Below, in pieces: positions 63,501 through 64,000 of a DNA stretch of 64,000 nt (its first letter is position 1; each line of letters starts with the position of its first letter). Origin of the DNA: Sphaerodactylus townsendi (lineage: Eukaryota); the NCBI RefSeq assembly GCF_021028975.2, contig NC_059430.1, positions 70,928,001 through 70,992,000 of the forward strand, in the 5' to 3' direction. The position numbers were made by a program, and so were the translations under genes. A model generated the notes under the pieces. That model saw nothing but the letters and a program-made list of their open reading frames with translations, made no database searches and was not told the origin of the DNA.

Positions 63501-64000
63501 TATGTTGTTTATAGGCCCTGACCTGGATGGCACAGTGGAGCCTGATTTCTATCAGATCTCAGAAGCTAATCGGTCTTGGTTAGTATTTCAGTGGGACATC
63601 TCCAAGGAATACCATGGTCATTAGGCAGAGGAAGGTGCAAACCACCTCTGGTCCCTTCTCCAAAGGCAACACAAATGAATTAAATGAACCCGTTGCCAGT
63701 TTTACTGTTCACATGGTGGGTGCAGGAGCCCTTTGGGATCGCTGGGAGCCCAGCAACAGGATGCAGGATGTTTCGCACAGGAAACACTTTGCTTCATTTG
63801 ATAAAATGCTTATTCGAGAATCCCCCCCCTCCCCAAACATACCAGCACAAAAATGGTGGTCACCAAAGGATACACTCTAATGGCGGCTACCTACATAATC
63901 CACCTTAATAGTGGATGGAAGCAGGAGGGAGGGGGAACAAAGCTTCCCACTTGCCATAGTTCACACAGGCAAGCAGGAAGCGTGTGAAACTAGGTTAAAG

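Noticed and set aside
63516-63650. 5S rRNA-like sequence
   Set aside because: Heavily diverged and dispersed in several copies with shared non-5S flanks, so these are SINEs rather than rRNA genes.
53134-64000. Search for the Cys-rich MDFIC last exon (DCCVHCILACLFCEF...)
   Set aside because: Not seen. It is most likely beyond the window, so its absence is not evidence of pseudogenisation.

Overview
Vertebrate (squamate reptile, probably a gecko, judged from the SINE/LINE repertoire) genomic DNA, not prokaryotic. The only host gene I can support is MDFIC (MyoD family inhibitor domain-containing, HIC) on the + strand. It has a CpG-island promoter at about 15.6-16.8 kb and three phase-consistent coding exons (16448-16541, 23957-24082, 52867-53133). 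I did not find the Cys-rich I-mfa-domain last exon, which is presumably downstream of the window. The rest is intergenic and intronic DNA full of transposon relics: CR1, L2, RTE-X-like and L1-like LINE fragments, Penelope-like ends carrying hammerhead-ribozyme cores, Sauria, Squam3-like and 5S-derived SINEs, solo LTRs, hAT, Harbinger and TcMar MITEs, and an internally deleted Helitron. There are two assembly gaps. Almost all ORFs in the supplied track are spurious or transposon-derived. I do not see a clearly new biological system. The best leads are the hammerhead motif, the Helitron, covarying hairpins in a GC-rich MITE family, a complex MDFIC 5' leader, and a sense-oriented intronic LTR with a TATA box and splice donor. 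Family names are assigned from recalled sequence features, not from database searches.
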